Made by a program: the position numbers and the translations under genes. The notes below the pieces were generated by a model. It was not told where the DNA came from, ran no database searches, and saw only the letters and a list, made by a program, of their open reading frames with translations. Below, one piece after another: positions 42,201 to 55,073 of a stretch of DNA of 64,000 nt. This DNA comes from Tubulanus polymorphus. Its lineage: Eukaryota > Animalia > Nemertea. Numbering within the stretch: position 1 is the first letter of the stretch; the number at the start of each line of letters is the position of its first letter. The stretch spans positions 26,082,299-26,146,298 of the forward strand of contig NC_134025.1 in assembly GCF_964204645.1 (NCBI RefSeq), in the 5' to 3' direction.

Positions 42201-45200
42201 CAGCTGTTATATTCACACATCGACACCCTTAAGAAGGCGACTAAGGTCTAACCCGTAGTAAAATGTCTATTAGAACAGCGATCGTGGCTTATCTGACCGC
42301 AAAAAGTGCAAATAGCCCGAGCTTAGCTCTTAACTTCTCATTCTTAGCAGATGAAAGTCGGTTACGCAGATTTCAGTGCGTCGAAATTCATATTGTTTTC
42401 AGATTGGTGAAGGAGCCGGTTGATGTCTCGAGAGTATGCTTGTATGTTCCATAAAATAACACGTGACGAGATCGTTTTCAGTCGTGCAGACAACATCAGA
42501 ATGATAAATCATTGCACCCTACCAACACTTATTTGTAATCTGATAGCGATGCCTTCACATGATGAGCAAACACCCCGGTACAATCTGGTGGGGCTGTGAT
42601 TGACAAATCGGTAAAGTTTCTACCCAAGGACCGAATCGAGCCTGGCCAGGCATTCGAGCATTTCTTAATTATTTGTTTCCTCGGAATAAAAACCATTAAC
42701 CTTGTAGAATACGTGATGATGAATAAAGCACTCGTTTTAGCCTCCAGTCAACCGCCGGTGTATCTCAGGTGGGCAATTATTGAAATTAATCTAATACAAT
42801 CGTTATTAGCGCATAACTAGATTTCTCAGGGGTCTTCAAATCGAAATACAGAAACCTATTGACGGTTAACAATTCAGAACGATCCCGAGGAGCTTCACCC
42901 GACTTCCAGGAAACGAAATACAGGCCTTTTATGGCATTACGGCAGCCATTCAAAACAGCAACAAGAAATTCTCCAAATATCAAGTTGGCTCAAATTACTA
43001 GTAATTTACCAAATCTATCTGATGCATGAGAATGTCAATAACATAAGCTCTTCATGCAAATCTCAACAATTATGCAATTTTGATGATACAGCTTGGTTAT
43101 CTACGTGACAAGCTAGCATTAGAACTGTCAGCCGCAATATTCAACCGACTACCCCTAAAAAAACCTTGTATTCTTAATGGCCTAATTATGAGTTGCATAT
43201 TTGTTTTCGTTTCGTAATTACTGCGCAAAATCGTGCAGGGATATTTTGTAGGTGAACGATTTTCTATCACATTTGATAGGAATTTTATTGATACGGCTGA
43301 TCGATATTAAACGCCAAACATGTAAGTGAACGTGTCAAAACTGTTTGAAATAACAGCAATTGATGAAGCCAGTTGATGCTAGCGATATGAAATGAATGAA
43401 TACATTATAATTGTATAGTGATATGAACAGTGAAGTCTCATGGGCCTGATTTACAAAAAACCTAACGGAGTGACCATCTGGTTCTTATGAAAATTCAATT
43501 ACCAAGTATATTCTTGTTAAGCCTTTTCTGATCCAATTGGACTTTTTATTCAATACTGTTGTAAATAGCTATTTACATACATTTGCTTTTAAAATCTAGT
43601 GTCGAGAGCCTGTTTTGAAGGCCTAATGAGAATCTGTTGAATCTACATTCATTACAACTAAATATTCAATCATCAAAACACACTATGATCTCTTATGCCA
43701 GAATAAAGGATCCAGCTGAGTTCAGTTCTGGATCTAATTAATTTATATATTTTCATTAATCAGTTATCAGTTACCTTTTCTCTTGCTCCTCAATCTTCGA
43801 CATCGTTTGCCGGTACTCTTTGAATGATGCATTTCTATTTTAATAATCAAGTCAGAACCAATCCATCATAATTCCGTATTTAAGCTTAAAATACATAAAT
43901 GAAAAGTCATTTCTAAAAGTCTAGGCACAAAAATTGCTTTAAAATGCGGTGATCTATGACCAAGTGAGGATTAGGTTGCTAATCAATAAACTACTGACAC
44001 AGGGAATAATATTGTAATAGAGATTTCATTTTGAATAATAATGGAAATCGATCTGTACGTGTATTGAATATTAGATTCTTAATCATAAGACTAATATGAA
44101 ATATGAAATTAAGGGTCCTGATACCTCCAGAAGCCTGTGGAATAATATGTAGTTTTAGGCCTGCTCTTTCTTGATCTTTCTTTTTAAACAGTTTCATCGT
44201 TGTAGCAATATCCGTAGATAAAGACGCTTACCTAAACCCATACTGTAGTAATAAACTAACCTTATTAGATTTTTGATACTAAATCAAAGAAAATATAGCT
44301 TGATGTTAGTGCAGACACGAACAGTTACCCACTGCGTACATCCATAGCTCAATAACATTATGTAGTTAGCAATGAGTCAAATGGATGAAGAGGTCTAGCG
44401 AAAGATGGACCATCTCGATTGATGTAAAGAATCCTGAATTAAAATCGTCACAACATATCTGTTATACATTACACGACGCTTCGTACACTTACCAGCTTCA
44501 TTCATATATATCCATATGTCTCTCCTACTGTTCTATGTCATAGTTCAGCTTTTTATTCCTGCATCACTGGGAAACTGGCGAGCTAACATAAATTTGCACA
44601 TTCTGACATCGGTAAATGTGCCAGACGCCATCTATCCTGGATGCATTAATGAGAGTCAACTCGCTTGCCATTTGAAGTCGTTCATTAGATGATCTCTAGG
44701 GAATGGGGTATTTAGTGATTCAGATCTGTATCCATCTATCATTAATGTCGTTAGTGTTGCTGTCTTGCTAGTTAGGCAATGACGCGCCTTAAAATAAACA
44801 AATTAAAATAAAGTATTAGCAGTACTGGTAATTTTTTAACGCAAATTTTTGCCCAAAAATTTGCCAATTTTAAGTCCCTATATTTTGCATTTGTGGCCCA
44901 TAGGATATGAATTATTTCGTTATCAATTCTTTCGTTCATTAGCTGTAGGTCTACCAAGAACTCCAATAGGCTTTTACTAGTCCTTAATCTTTCAGTTGCG
45001 GAGTCAAATGGTACTATGGTACTCGGGTGGTCAAAATAGATTTTTTTCTGGAGTTATGGTACCGGTAGACCAAATCCGTTTCATTTTTCTTGCTTGTGGA
45101 AAACTGGGGATCCAGGCTTCTGACTTTCATCACTCAAAATTTTTAGTTTGTTCTACGGTAAATTCCTAAAATCTTAAAAGGGCATAGGCCTGAATATCGT

Positions 45201-45715
45201 TAAGAGGAAAATCTCCGTAAAGCAAGGCCAAGGGCACTATGCTATTTGTTTCAATATGTTCGTTGACACGAATTCAGTACAAAGCTACAGTACCGTATCG
45301 GGTACCGGGTCGTATCTTCTACTAATCAGCATACCATCAGTTAGTTACCTAATTAATTAGTTGCCTAATTATTGGTGGGGTAAGCTTTTATAATCGGATG
45401 GGCCTGTGAAACTAAAACCAGACAGGTTACTGACTAACCATCACCGTACATCAGCATACCATTATCATGGTCATTCCATCCCTTACGAGTAACAATAAAG
45501 ACAGTGCGGCCTCCTTTATTTTTTTCCCAGGTTAAACGAATACACGGGGAATATTTTAAAGAGATATTTCAGTCTAAAATTGTAAACTAAGGAGGACTGA
45601 AAGTGGATTCAGTAAGCCATAATAAACTTTGGACCCTGTCGGTAGCCAAACAACAGCTTATCAATGCCTGAGCAAGGATACATTAACAAAAACATTTCAA
45701 AATTCATATTATCCT

Positions 45716-45721
45716 TTTATT
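45716..45721 (-). terminator. Candidate polyadenylation signal (AATAAA) of the MPP8-like gene
   Basis: AATAAA on minus about 1.1 kb after the stop, followed by a T/GT-rich tract. Confidence 0.45.
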
Positions 45722-46837
45722 GCGTAATAAGTGATCAACAAACAAGTTAACAAGTTTTCATTTTACATTAGAACAAAAGATTTCTTAACACAATTATCTC
45801 ACATATTTACAAATACTGTAAATAAAATGCATCCTGGTTGTATCTTGAGACGAATCACCACAGTGATAAATCAATATATCCCCACTAAACTAAATTACAG
45901 ATGCGTTTTGTATATTCATGTACTTCTAAGTAAAACTAAAACTACGTATGTATGGCAGTATAGCTTTCAATGAATTTACAAACAGAACATATGGAACAAC
46001 TATAGGACCCATGTGTAAGAAATTAGAAAATATTTTCTATTAGCAGGCTGAATAGTGACAATGCATATGAATTAAAATCTCAATTTAGTACATGATTCTA
46101 GCATTTAGTCACTACACAACCACGTCATTTCTTTTCAACGTCATCATCACAACTAGAGATTACTGATGACAATATTTTTTTCGGCAATACACATCAGATC
46201 GTACAGAATTTACACATCACTGCTTCATATATATAAAACTATAGTGATAATACAAGGTACTACAACAATACTGAGCTTAAGAACCACTGAACACATAATG
46301 GAAATTTGAATACTGAAATAGTTGCATTTTGGCTCAATCAGTTTAAAATTTTATACAGGAATCACAAAAATCTAAACATAATGCAAAATGGCTTCATTTC
46401 ACCAGTTTATATCCTATAACAATATTCCCTAAAGAGAGCACATAAAAATTACTAACTTTTTCATTGTAACTGCTCCAGACAGACATAGAAAAGCCTCATT
46501 TCACATCCATATTTACTTAACCGGCAACAACTGATATTCTACAAACACACCTCGAGATGTTTTTCTTACAACTACATCATACTGCTCATATTCTAGAGCA
46601 ATTCTAAGCAATCCACAATACAAAAAACGTTTCATTAATTTGAAAACTGTAAAATCAATTATTGTCTCAACAAATAAGATGTGTATTTTATCTATAATTT
46701 GTAATGTCTTCAAAGAAATTTAACCAAAGCAAAATACAAATATAATCAAGATAAATTGACGATGACAGCAAATATGAACATCTAGTGATTGCAGACTGAT
46801 GAAGTAAACAATATCAGTTAATGACACACCTCTACAC

Positions 46838-49800
46838 TCAACACACTGGCATAGGAATAGTTAAGTGGGCTTTATATGCACATACTACAAGTTTCACCTG
46901 AAATGATAAAAATGGAAAGTGAAAAATGGTATCCAACTGCCTATACACACCTTAACAGTCAGTCAGGCAAGATAAATCCTATTATGAATCAGATCTGTAG
47001 AAATAATAACTTACTCGTGTATTCTGCGCCTGAGCCAACACTATATGTAATTCATTTTTTCCATTATGAAGCGGACTAAAAGTCATCACAAAGTTACCAT
47101 CCTGTAGTCAAATAAGATTTCTCAAATGTAAAGCTATTCACTTTATGAAACACACCGATATACGAGTAACTGAACAACTCAAAATCATTGAATACATATC
47201 GCAGTTACCTCTGTAAGGGGTGCCTGCACAACACCATTCAGGATGACTGATTTTACGGCACACGAACCTTGGAAGCGACATTTCATATCCTGACCTGCAA
47301 TTCTAGTATGGGCCAAGAACAAAAGTGTACCAACCCCTGCAAAAGAATACTAAACGGTCAGATTCATCAAATCATAAATATCAAATAAGGTATCTAATGG
47401 AGAAAGAAAACATTTGTGTAAAGGAATTGATAATACACTTACCTGGAACAGTCGGCTGTAATTCATGCTTGAAGTTAATGAATAATGACTCCGATTCATT
47501 GATAGCTAAACATTGTATGGGGAACAGTGGGTGTAATAATTTAGCTGCGTTATTCACAGTTACATTCACCTGACTCTCGAATGCCATGGACAGTCTGAAA
47601 AATGAGTGAGAATTATCGCATACTTTCATAATAAATCGGATAATAGTATTAGCAATCCATAGAAATGCACACATGACTATCAAGATCCATACACAGCCGA
47701 TATACTTACTTTTTAATATGCGATACAATCATATCATGAATATCCTGATTTTTCATCAGTTTAGCTAGTTTTGCAGCAGTCATATCGTTTGGTCCATTTG
47801 CCGCGAAGTTCGCACCACTCTCGAGCAGTAGTTTCGTGATTTGTTTGTAACCGCGTTTAACAGCTTTCATCAACGCCGTTTCACCGGTCGAAGAGTGAAC
47901 ACAGTTCGCATGGGCATTGAGTTGAAGCAGCAGAGATACAGTACAAACATGACCCTACAAAAAACCAACAATATCCACACAATAAGAGGGTACAGTTGAG
48001 GTTTAAATTGAAGAATTTTATGATTTAGCTTCTTATCCACTAGTTTACATCTGAAGTATAGTCTAATTCATAAGGGATCTTGAAATTCTAATGGTCTGAC
48101 TTCTTTAATTCAATTACGTACATGCTCACAAGCGTGCATAAGAGCGGTCATGCCGTTTTTTTGTTGGGAATTTATATGCGCTCCATTGGTTGACAGCGTT
48201 TCAATGATATCGTCGAAACCTTGCTGAGCAGCTATCATCATCAACGTCATTCCGGTATTATCCGTGTTCTCCAGGTTTAGAGCACAACCACTCCGCAGCG
48301 CTTGTTCCACTTTCATATAATCACCGGACTTCACGGCATACTTAAATTCACCTGTGATTATAATCAAATAACGAATGAAATCATTGGTTCAAACACATCT
48401 GCTGCCAGGATTCATGCTTCTAGGTATATCCAGGTTACAGCGATCAATATGGTGTGATGAGAGAATACCATAGTAAATCATCCGACAAAACTGACTAATG
48501 ATAATCAGCTATCCAAAAGCCAAACGATCATGAACTAGCTGCAGTTTCAAATTATGTAGTGAACAGCATTTGAAGAGATGAATTTACACATTCGTAACAT
48601 TATCAGTCAATACATATTATTATAGCATTCATTACAACCCTTACTGTTCGTTAGTTCTATTGGTGGAGGCCTCTGAGATATTCTTTCAGTCTCCTGTCGA
48701 TCCCATTCATCAATATCAACATCTTCCAGTTCGTATTTAAAGCTTTCATAATCTGCAATCAAATCAGACAACTGAAATAATTCACATGTTCGATTCGCTC
48801 ATGTGATGCGGGAACAAGGGGTACATCAACGGTTTCTAGATATCGGGAATTCAGAAAATACATATATAAATAGAGGAGCTGATTTCGAACTGTTACAAAT
48901 ATCCATTCATAGATATTCAGCTCAGCAGTAGTGATTCATATAACAGTAATTGCATGCGAAGCAATTTCTTAGAATAAGATCAATTGCAGAACGAACTACT
49001 TGAATACATACCCCTGTCATCGTTGTCAACCAAATCAAATAGATTGGTCGTCGGCTTAATGTGTTCTAAATTGGTTTCCTAGGAATGAAAATGTCAAATT
49101 CAACCACGTCGCATTCAGCAATTCTATCTTAACAAACAGCATTTTTAAAATCCCTGTTTCCCCGACAAGATTCAGAATATTGATACTTAGCTTTTAGAGT
49201 AATAAATACTGTGGCTAGGAGCTTAACAGATAGGTTTCAGTGCGGAAATATCTTAATGACATTGAAATGAAGACTTACCAAAAATGGGTCTTCCTGTTGA
49301 AGCCACTCTTGTTCAACATCTTTAATTTTGTTCTGGTGTTCAGATTTTGAGGTAATGCTCGTTGATCGTTTCTCAATTTTACTGCTTTTCTTTATGTCTT
49401 TTGCGGCTGATAGAATGCCTTCCTTTTTCATTGACTTAATCTTTTCTTCTTTATCGATGGAAGCCCGGCGAGATTTCTTTTTCTCCTGCAATTTATCCTT
49501 TTCAGGCAAAGTCGCCGACGATTCGGCAACTGTTGCACTATTACTCACTGGCACTTTTATAACCAACGAAGAATGATCATTAGTAGAGCTTTTACTTTCC
49601 GTGGATTTATGATCAGATTTTCCTTTCTGCTTTGAGAATGACAAAGTTTTTACGGAATCCAAAGTTTTCTTTGATATCAGGGATTTATTATTAGATTGCT
49701 TGTCGACTTTTGATTTGTCAATTTTGTCAACAGACGTGGTGCTATGGTTTTTGGTATTTTTACTATCAGTTGACATGAATGAACTGAACAGTCCGCCACT

Positions 49801-52800
49801 GCTGCGCGATTTATTTGACGTTGATTTCATCATAGAACTGTGGGTTGAGCTTTTCTCGTCATCTTTTACTGGTTTACTTAGAGTTACAGTGATAGAACTG
49901 TTTGTTTTAGACTTTTTAGTTATAAATGTAGGCAGATCGTTATCAGAGTTGGAAATACTGGCGACACTACTATTACTTCCATTAGAACTTTCATCACATT
50001 TAGCAGTTTTTGTATCAGCATTATCTAATTTACTGGATGCAGAGAAATCACTGGTAATCTTGCCGATATTAGATTCCGATGTTGTTTTTGAAATCGGCGT
50101 ACTTAAATCTGCCACTTTTTTCTCTTGATTTTCCGATTTAGATTTTAGAGATTCTGCATTGGATTTCTCCGGAGCCGGCGGCGAATCATCATTTTTATTT
50201 TTCTTTGAGTCTGATTTACTGCTCTTTTCACTGGTGTCCTTCGACGAAGAACCCGAACTCACGCTATCAACGCTCTTGCGTTGTTTCTTCTTCGCGGAAT
50301 TTCCTTTATCGGCGACGCGTTTGCGTTTTGGTTCAGATCTTTGCTCCGAGTCGCTCAAAATTTCGTCATCCTTTCCACCGCCCTCTTTAAGATTAGTCGG
50401 CCTCGCCGCGCGTCCTTTTACTTTCGAATACATATCACATTCGAACACGTTGATCTTGCCGTCTTTTAAATCCTCCCAGAACGTATCCTTCAGGGTCGTT
50501 TCGTCATCTTCTATGTATTCAAACTTCGGTCCCTGTAATATACGTAGAACTGAAATTCAATCTCAGCAGCTGAATGATTGTCATTTCTATCACTGACAAG
50601 GGAAAACCAAAATGGCACATCTCTAATAACTATGCATACTTGAGCATTTCTGATATATCTCATTACCCGTAAATGAAAAATGTTTAAAAACATAAATACT
50701 GTATTCTCTGAGGTATATCCCCGCTGGCAACGTACCAAAATATAACTTCTTACAATAGGTTCATAGAATATCTTATAGCCTAACTGGCGAATTTGATAAA
50801 AACTATTACCGCAAATGGAGGCTCTTGCCTGAGAGAATACAAAATATTAAAATAAACACAACTGTCTATTAAACAAAATAAGTTTACCTGAATCGAATTT
50901 GATTCCTATAAAAGTGAAATAACCTAGCTACATTTGGAATACAGAGGTTTAATGGTATATGATGGCATTATGATGAAATCGCAATATACGACACAATCCT
51001 CTGTACGACTCATGCAATATGCCTGATAAGTAACAGAAGTTTGTACAGATTGTAATTCAGCGATCATACAGAAAATTCTTATTTTGACATTAAGCCAAAT
51101 TTAATCCGAGTAATCCATTTTCCAACAGAGGCGGTTATATTTGAATTCATCTATCCGTCACAATAGCGAATCCAATTCTATGATATATAGCCTATTTAGA
51201 TCAAGGTTAATCTAAAATCAATTTTACAACAAAATTTTTTTTAGTACAACAAGCAACATAGAAAAAGTGCAAACCTTAGCAATTGATGATTTCTTTTTAT
51301 CCTGAAATATAAAACTGAGGAATAATTGCACATGCATAAAGCAACAAAGAATGAAATAAGGTGCTGTGAGAAGACACTATTAGAAAAGCCTAGATGAGTG
51401 CAATGCAGCCGCCCACAGCGAAGTCGAAGTAACGGCATCATTTCAGAAATAGTTCCACCACCCCATCAATACAAGACATAGCTTAACCAGGTCCAGAGCC
51501 AAACATGGGTTTACATATCATAAAATATGCAAGATATATTTTACTGACCGACATTCTTCTTTTCACGGCTTCATCTTTCTTCTTCTTAGCTTTTTCCTGC
51601 TGTTGCTTTTTATAAGCGTCAATCATGTCAACGCAGCTCATAAGATTTTCGTAAGGTTCCCAGGTATCATAGCTCGGGTTGTAGCCTTCCCAACGAACTT
51701 TGTACATTTCCTTACCCTGAAATGTGAAAAAAATTGTTTATCAAATAAGAATAGATCACTCCAAAAAGTAAATGTTTTTATTGCATAAGCTCCAAAATCC
51801 AACAAACCATTAAAGCCTACTCCAATCAATTTAGCCTATTGAAATTCAAAATTGACTTAAGGCCTAATCTAATTTAGTAGGTTCAAGGGATGATTGGTTT
51901 CAGATTCAGTTTGGCAACATTTTCTGTTTCTGTTAATATACATTGCTGAAACAAAATTTGGTATCTAAGTGAAAAAGGACTTGACAATCGGGGCGGATCT
52001 AGTCAGTTACCTGCCTGTGGTTTAGTTTCACGATCGAATATTTTCAAAGCCCAACCGATTATCAAAGCTTACCACCAATGATTAGGTAACTAACTAGGGC
52101 GGATCCAGCCTAACGCTACTACCGCTTGAGCAGTACTCACGAATGCAGAAGTGCCCTTCTATTTTTCAAGTTCTGGTAATTAACAAAACATGGTCAATTT
52201 AAATGAGAATAATCGACAATGTGTAAACTTCTTATTCCTTCTTAATGATTTTTCTTAAACATGTCAAAATGTCATATTCTGTCGATGCAGAGAAGGACTT
52301 GATGCCCCAAATTGACTCAGATTGCATCTCGGAGCCCAAAAAATTTAAAATTTTCTATGACATAGGTGCCTTTCTACAGCCGAGCAGTCAGTAGGCTGAC
52401 TCAAAAACCTTGACTAGATCCATCCCTGGTGATCTAAAACTTTGGTTTGCTTAGCGATGGTAGCTTCAAATTTTTTTTTTCCAAAAAAGGCTGTTCACAA
52501 TTCATTGATAATTCAGTTTCGATAATTCATATTTCACAAATGAATAAATAATTGAATGACATATGATGAAAACAAGATCAGTTATCTTTTGTGGGATTGT
52601 ATGCTTCTGAAAAAAAGTCAAGTAAGCCAGCTGCTACAAAATGAAAGTATCTGACAGGGATCTAAGAATAAGATAGAGCACTCAGCTAAGCCTGGAGCCT
52701 GGCACACACAGCGGAGGATAACTGTTAATAACAATCAGAACAAAATAATCTTACATCGATCGTTGATATTCCGACTATTTTCTCTACTTCAAAAATATCT

Positions 52801-52913
52801 TCGTTGTCATCTTCTTCCTCATCCTCACTCGATTTAGGATCGTTTTCAATTTCCATTTTCGTCTTAGAACTAGTAGAACCACTGACATCAATTCCCTCTT
52901 CGAATTCGGCCAT
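46838..52913 (-). CDS. MPHOSPH8: M-phase phosphoprotein 8 (MPP8)-like chromodomain and ankyrin-repeat protein, 11 exons, 885 aa
   Basis: Exons (minus): 52755-52913, 51549-51716, 49279-50532, 49012-49078, 48645-48752, 48122-48351, 47710-47954, 47443-47594, 47209-47336, 47015-47101, 46838-46897; 2658 nt, in frame from ATG to TGA. Chromodomain FEVEKIV...YKVRWEGYNPSYDTWEPYENL; ankyrins AVKSGDY.KV..AL, GMTLMMIAAQQG, GMTALMHACEHG, GETALMKAVKRG; C-terminal G.GTLLFLAH...CAVKSVILNG...FVMTFSP...G.NELHI...VKLVVCAYKAHL, matching the vertebrate MPP8 C-terminus as I recall it. Confidence 0.9.
47710..48351 (-). CDS. MPHOSPH8: MPP8-like ankyrin-repeat exons (48122-48351, 47710-47954)
   Basis: Repeated G.TALM.A...G....V..LL..GA..N ankyrin consensus. 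Confidence 0.92.
49279..50532 (-). CDS. MPHOSPH8: MPP8-like large Lys/Ser-rich linker exon (418 codons)
   Basis: Long ORF bounded by tattacag and gtaagt, phase 0 at both ends. Confidence 0.9.
51549..52913 (-). CDS. MPHOSPH8: MPP8-like chromodomain exons (52755-52913, 51549-51716)
   Basis: Acidic N-terminus, then a chromodomain with intact F/W/Y aromatic-cage residues. Confidence 0.92.
51989..52428. mobile_element. MITE-like element(s) with CAGGGGCGGATC-type termini in MPP8-like intron 1
   Basis: Left end CGGGGCGGATCTAGTCA (51989), second left-type end AGGGCGGATCCAG (52096), right end TGACTAGATCCATCCCTG (to 52428); a related lone end CAGGCGCGGATCCAGG lies near 4026. Confidence 0.6.
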
Positions 52914-53357
52914 TGTATCGACGGGTCTACATATGCGCGGGTGAAAGAGGTTGTATGAATATTGGGTACAATTCTAATATTCTATCATTGGTAAGCAGGT
53001 ATTATTACAAATGATAGGTAATTTCATTTTTACGATTTTATTTGATAATAATACAAATTTTTATGTCTAAGAGTCAGATTTTGTAACATTTTTTGCAGTA
53101 AATAATAAAACGCATTATCATTGTCAATAGTGGACTAACCCATAATAAACATGACCTAGATAGTAATTAGATCATATGGTTAGGTGGCAGCACTTTCTAG
53201 TGTTATCCAAAATAAATCTTATCGGGAAAATGTCTCATTAATAAAACTGTCCTCGTGATAAAGGTGTGATGGAAAAAATCCCTTCGTGATAGATACGATA
53301 CCAATAGCAACAAAAACAAAAAACTACAATAAGCACCATTTCAGTATCAAATATTGA

Positions 53358-53363
53358 TTTATT
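53358..53363 (-). terminator. Candidate polyadenylation signal (AATAAA) of the CAP-Gly gene
   Basis: AATAAA on minus about 1.35 kb after the stop, followed by a GT/T-rich tract (TTGTAGTTTTTTGTTTTTGTTG). Confidence 0.45.
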
Positions 53364-54167
53364 TTTCACTTTTCATCTATACAGAATCCTATTTAGTTCT
53401 TAAAACATAATGAGTTACTATATCAATTCACATGGACAATACATAGGGGGCTTGTTTTCAAACAATACCACATCTTACAAAATAAGACAACAAAATATAA
53501 AACACAAAAACTAAATCGATTCTCCTTGCCAAAAATTACATCAAAGGCAAAGTTGCAATATCATACAAACTTTCAACCTTTTTTACGAAAATTGATTAAT
53601 TTCATACATGATCATCAATGCAAAAACGAAAAGTACCATTCCAAGCACTGGAAACTGACAAGGAGAACATACACAGTATCAAATGGAATTTGCTGACGCT
53701 AAATTATTAAAAAGACAAAATGAAGTACAAAGTTATGTTTTATCAAATATTAACATGGAAAATTATCAGACCTGATTTTGTGGAATGTTTCTATCGTATT
53801 AATACAGCACATATATATTAATAATAAACATAAACGTTGATAAATATTATTAAATAAGAGTTTAATGTACATCATGGTAAACACATATCACAAATTGCTT
53901 CTAGATATAAAGTGAAAAAAAAATGATGCAAAATGTCCACTATGAATTCAATAAGGACGGATATCAGATTTCATTTTACAAAACTTGCAACAATTTCAAC
54001 AGTTCTGAATTAGATCTAAGTCAGATTAAGTTCAATTTCTTTGAAACTCGATAGCCAAAAAGTTCAATTTCTAACTCACAACTGTGAAACCGGGTCCTGT
54101 AATCATTTGGAATGTTAACTTATATAATTGTAGCTTATTCAATTTATTTTCTCTTCAACTTAAGTTT

Positions 54168-54461
54168 GTGACTGACTAGGCAAATATTTTGCCGAATTTT
54201 GCATAGTGTGCCTAGGGATGCGATGCAAATTTTCTAGTTGCCAAATCGACTTGCACGAATCAAACATACTGACGATTATCTTCCAATTCTTAATCAGTGA
54301 TTGTCAATTCACCCTGTGAGTGCCACCTTTACTGAATAAATACAGTAAAACAATACTCATGAATCATGCGATCCATTTCATCAGCGTATCAGTTGTTTTC
54401 ACCAAAGTCACCTAAATGTGTCAACCTTGGTCATACCAAAGAAATTTGCCTAGTCTGTAAC
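54168..54461. mobile_element. MITE-like element in the putative 3' UTR of the CAP-Gly gene
   Basis: Terminal inverted repeats GTGACTGACTAGGCAAAT ... ATTTGCCTAGTCTGTAAC. Confidence 0.65.
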
Positions 54462-54706
54462 AAGCTCTTAGAGGTAGGGATATATAGACATTTGCCAGAA
54501 TAAAGAGGACCATTCAAAAATAGATAAAATCATTTCTATAGAGACATTTCATTTTGTCTGTAATTATTTACACTAGTTATCTATTGGTTCTATGTTCAAG
54601 GAAAGACAACTTATATCTATATATACTTTATATACCGGGTATATATATATATTACTTAGATCATTTCAAATCTACTCTATAAAAAAGTTAAATTATACCC
54701 CCAAGT

Positions 54707-55073
54707 TTAGTACTGAGCCCATGCCATAACCACTTTGTTGAAAGTCACGAAGACACCTTTGTTCGGTTTGCTGAAATAGAAAATATACAATTGATCAGCT
54801 TGGAAAAATGATTGTAAGCCTAGCTCATTTTCAGATTCTTACCATGAAAAATATCTGACATTGTTATAGGTTCCATCATGTTTACCATCTTCATTTTCCA
54901 GTTCTAATCCAAGATATGTATCATCTCTACCAGGGAGGTGTCCAACAAATCTTACCAATCCACGGCTAATCTGACCTGTTTGACGAGAGAATTTCACAAT
55001 CGAGCCTAGTTGCACATCTGCTGGACTCCTCGGAACGTATGGCCGTTTACCAGATGTTGAAAGTTTACTTTCT
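54707..55073 (-). CDS. CAP-Gly domain exons (54843-55073, 54707-54770; not in ORF track)
   Basis: GKHDG motif plus RYFSCKPNKGVFV; stop at 54707-54709. Confidence 0.93.

Noticed and set aside
39463-43000. 60-96 aa ORFs in the myosin-MPP8 intergenic region (e.g. 39471-39698, 41946-42197, 42596-42983)
   Set aside because: No recognisable motifs and no phase-consistent exon chain could be built; a diverged gene cannot be fully excluded without a search.
43775-43803. ATG-started mini exon MSKIEEQEK as a myosin 5' exon
   Set aside because: Ends in phase 2, whereas the acceptor at 36231 needs phase 1 to be in frame.
49328-50596. Several plus-strand ORFs up to 145 aa
   Set aside because: Antisense shadows of the large MPP8-like exon; no domain-like content.
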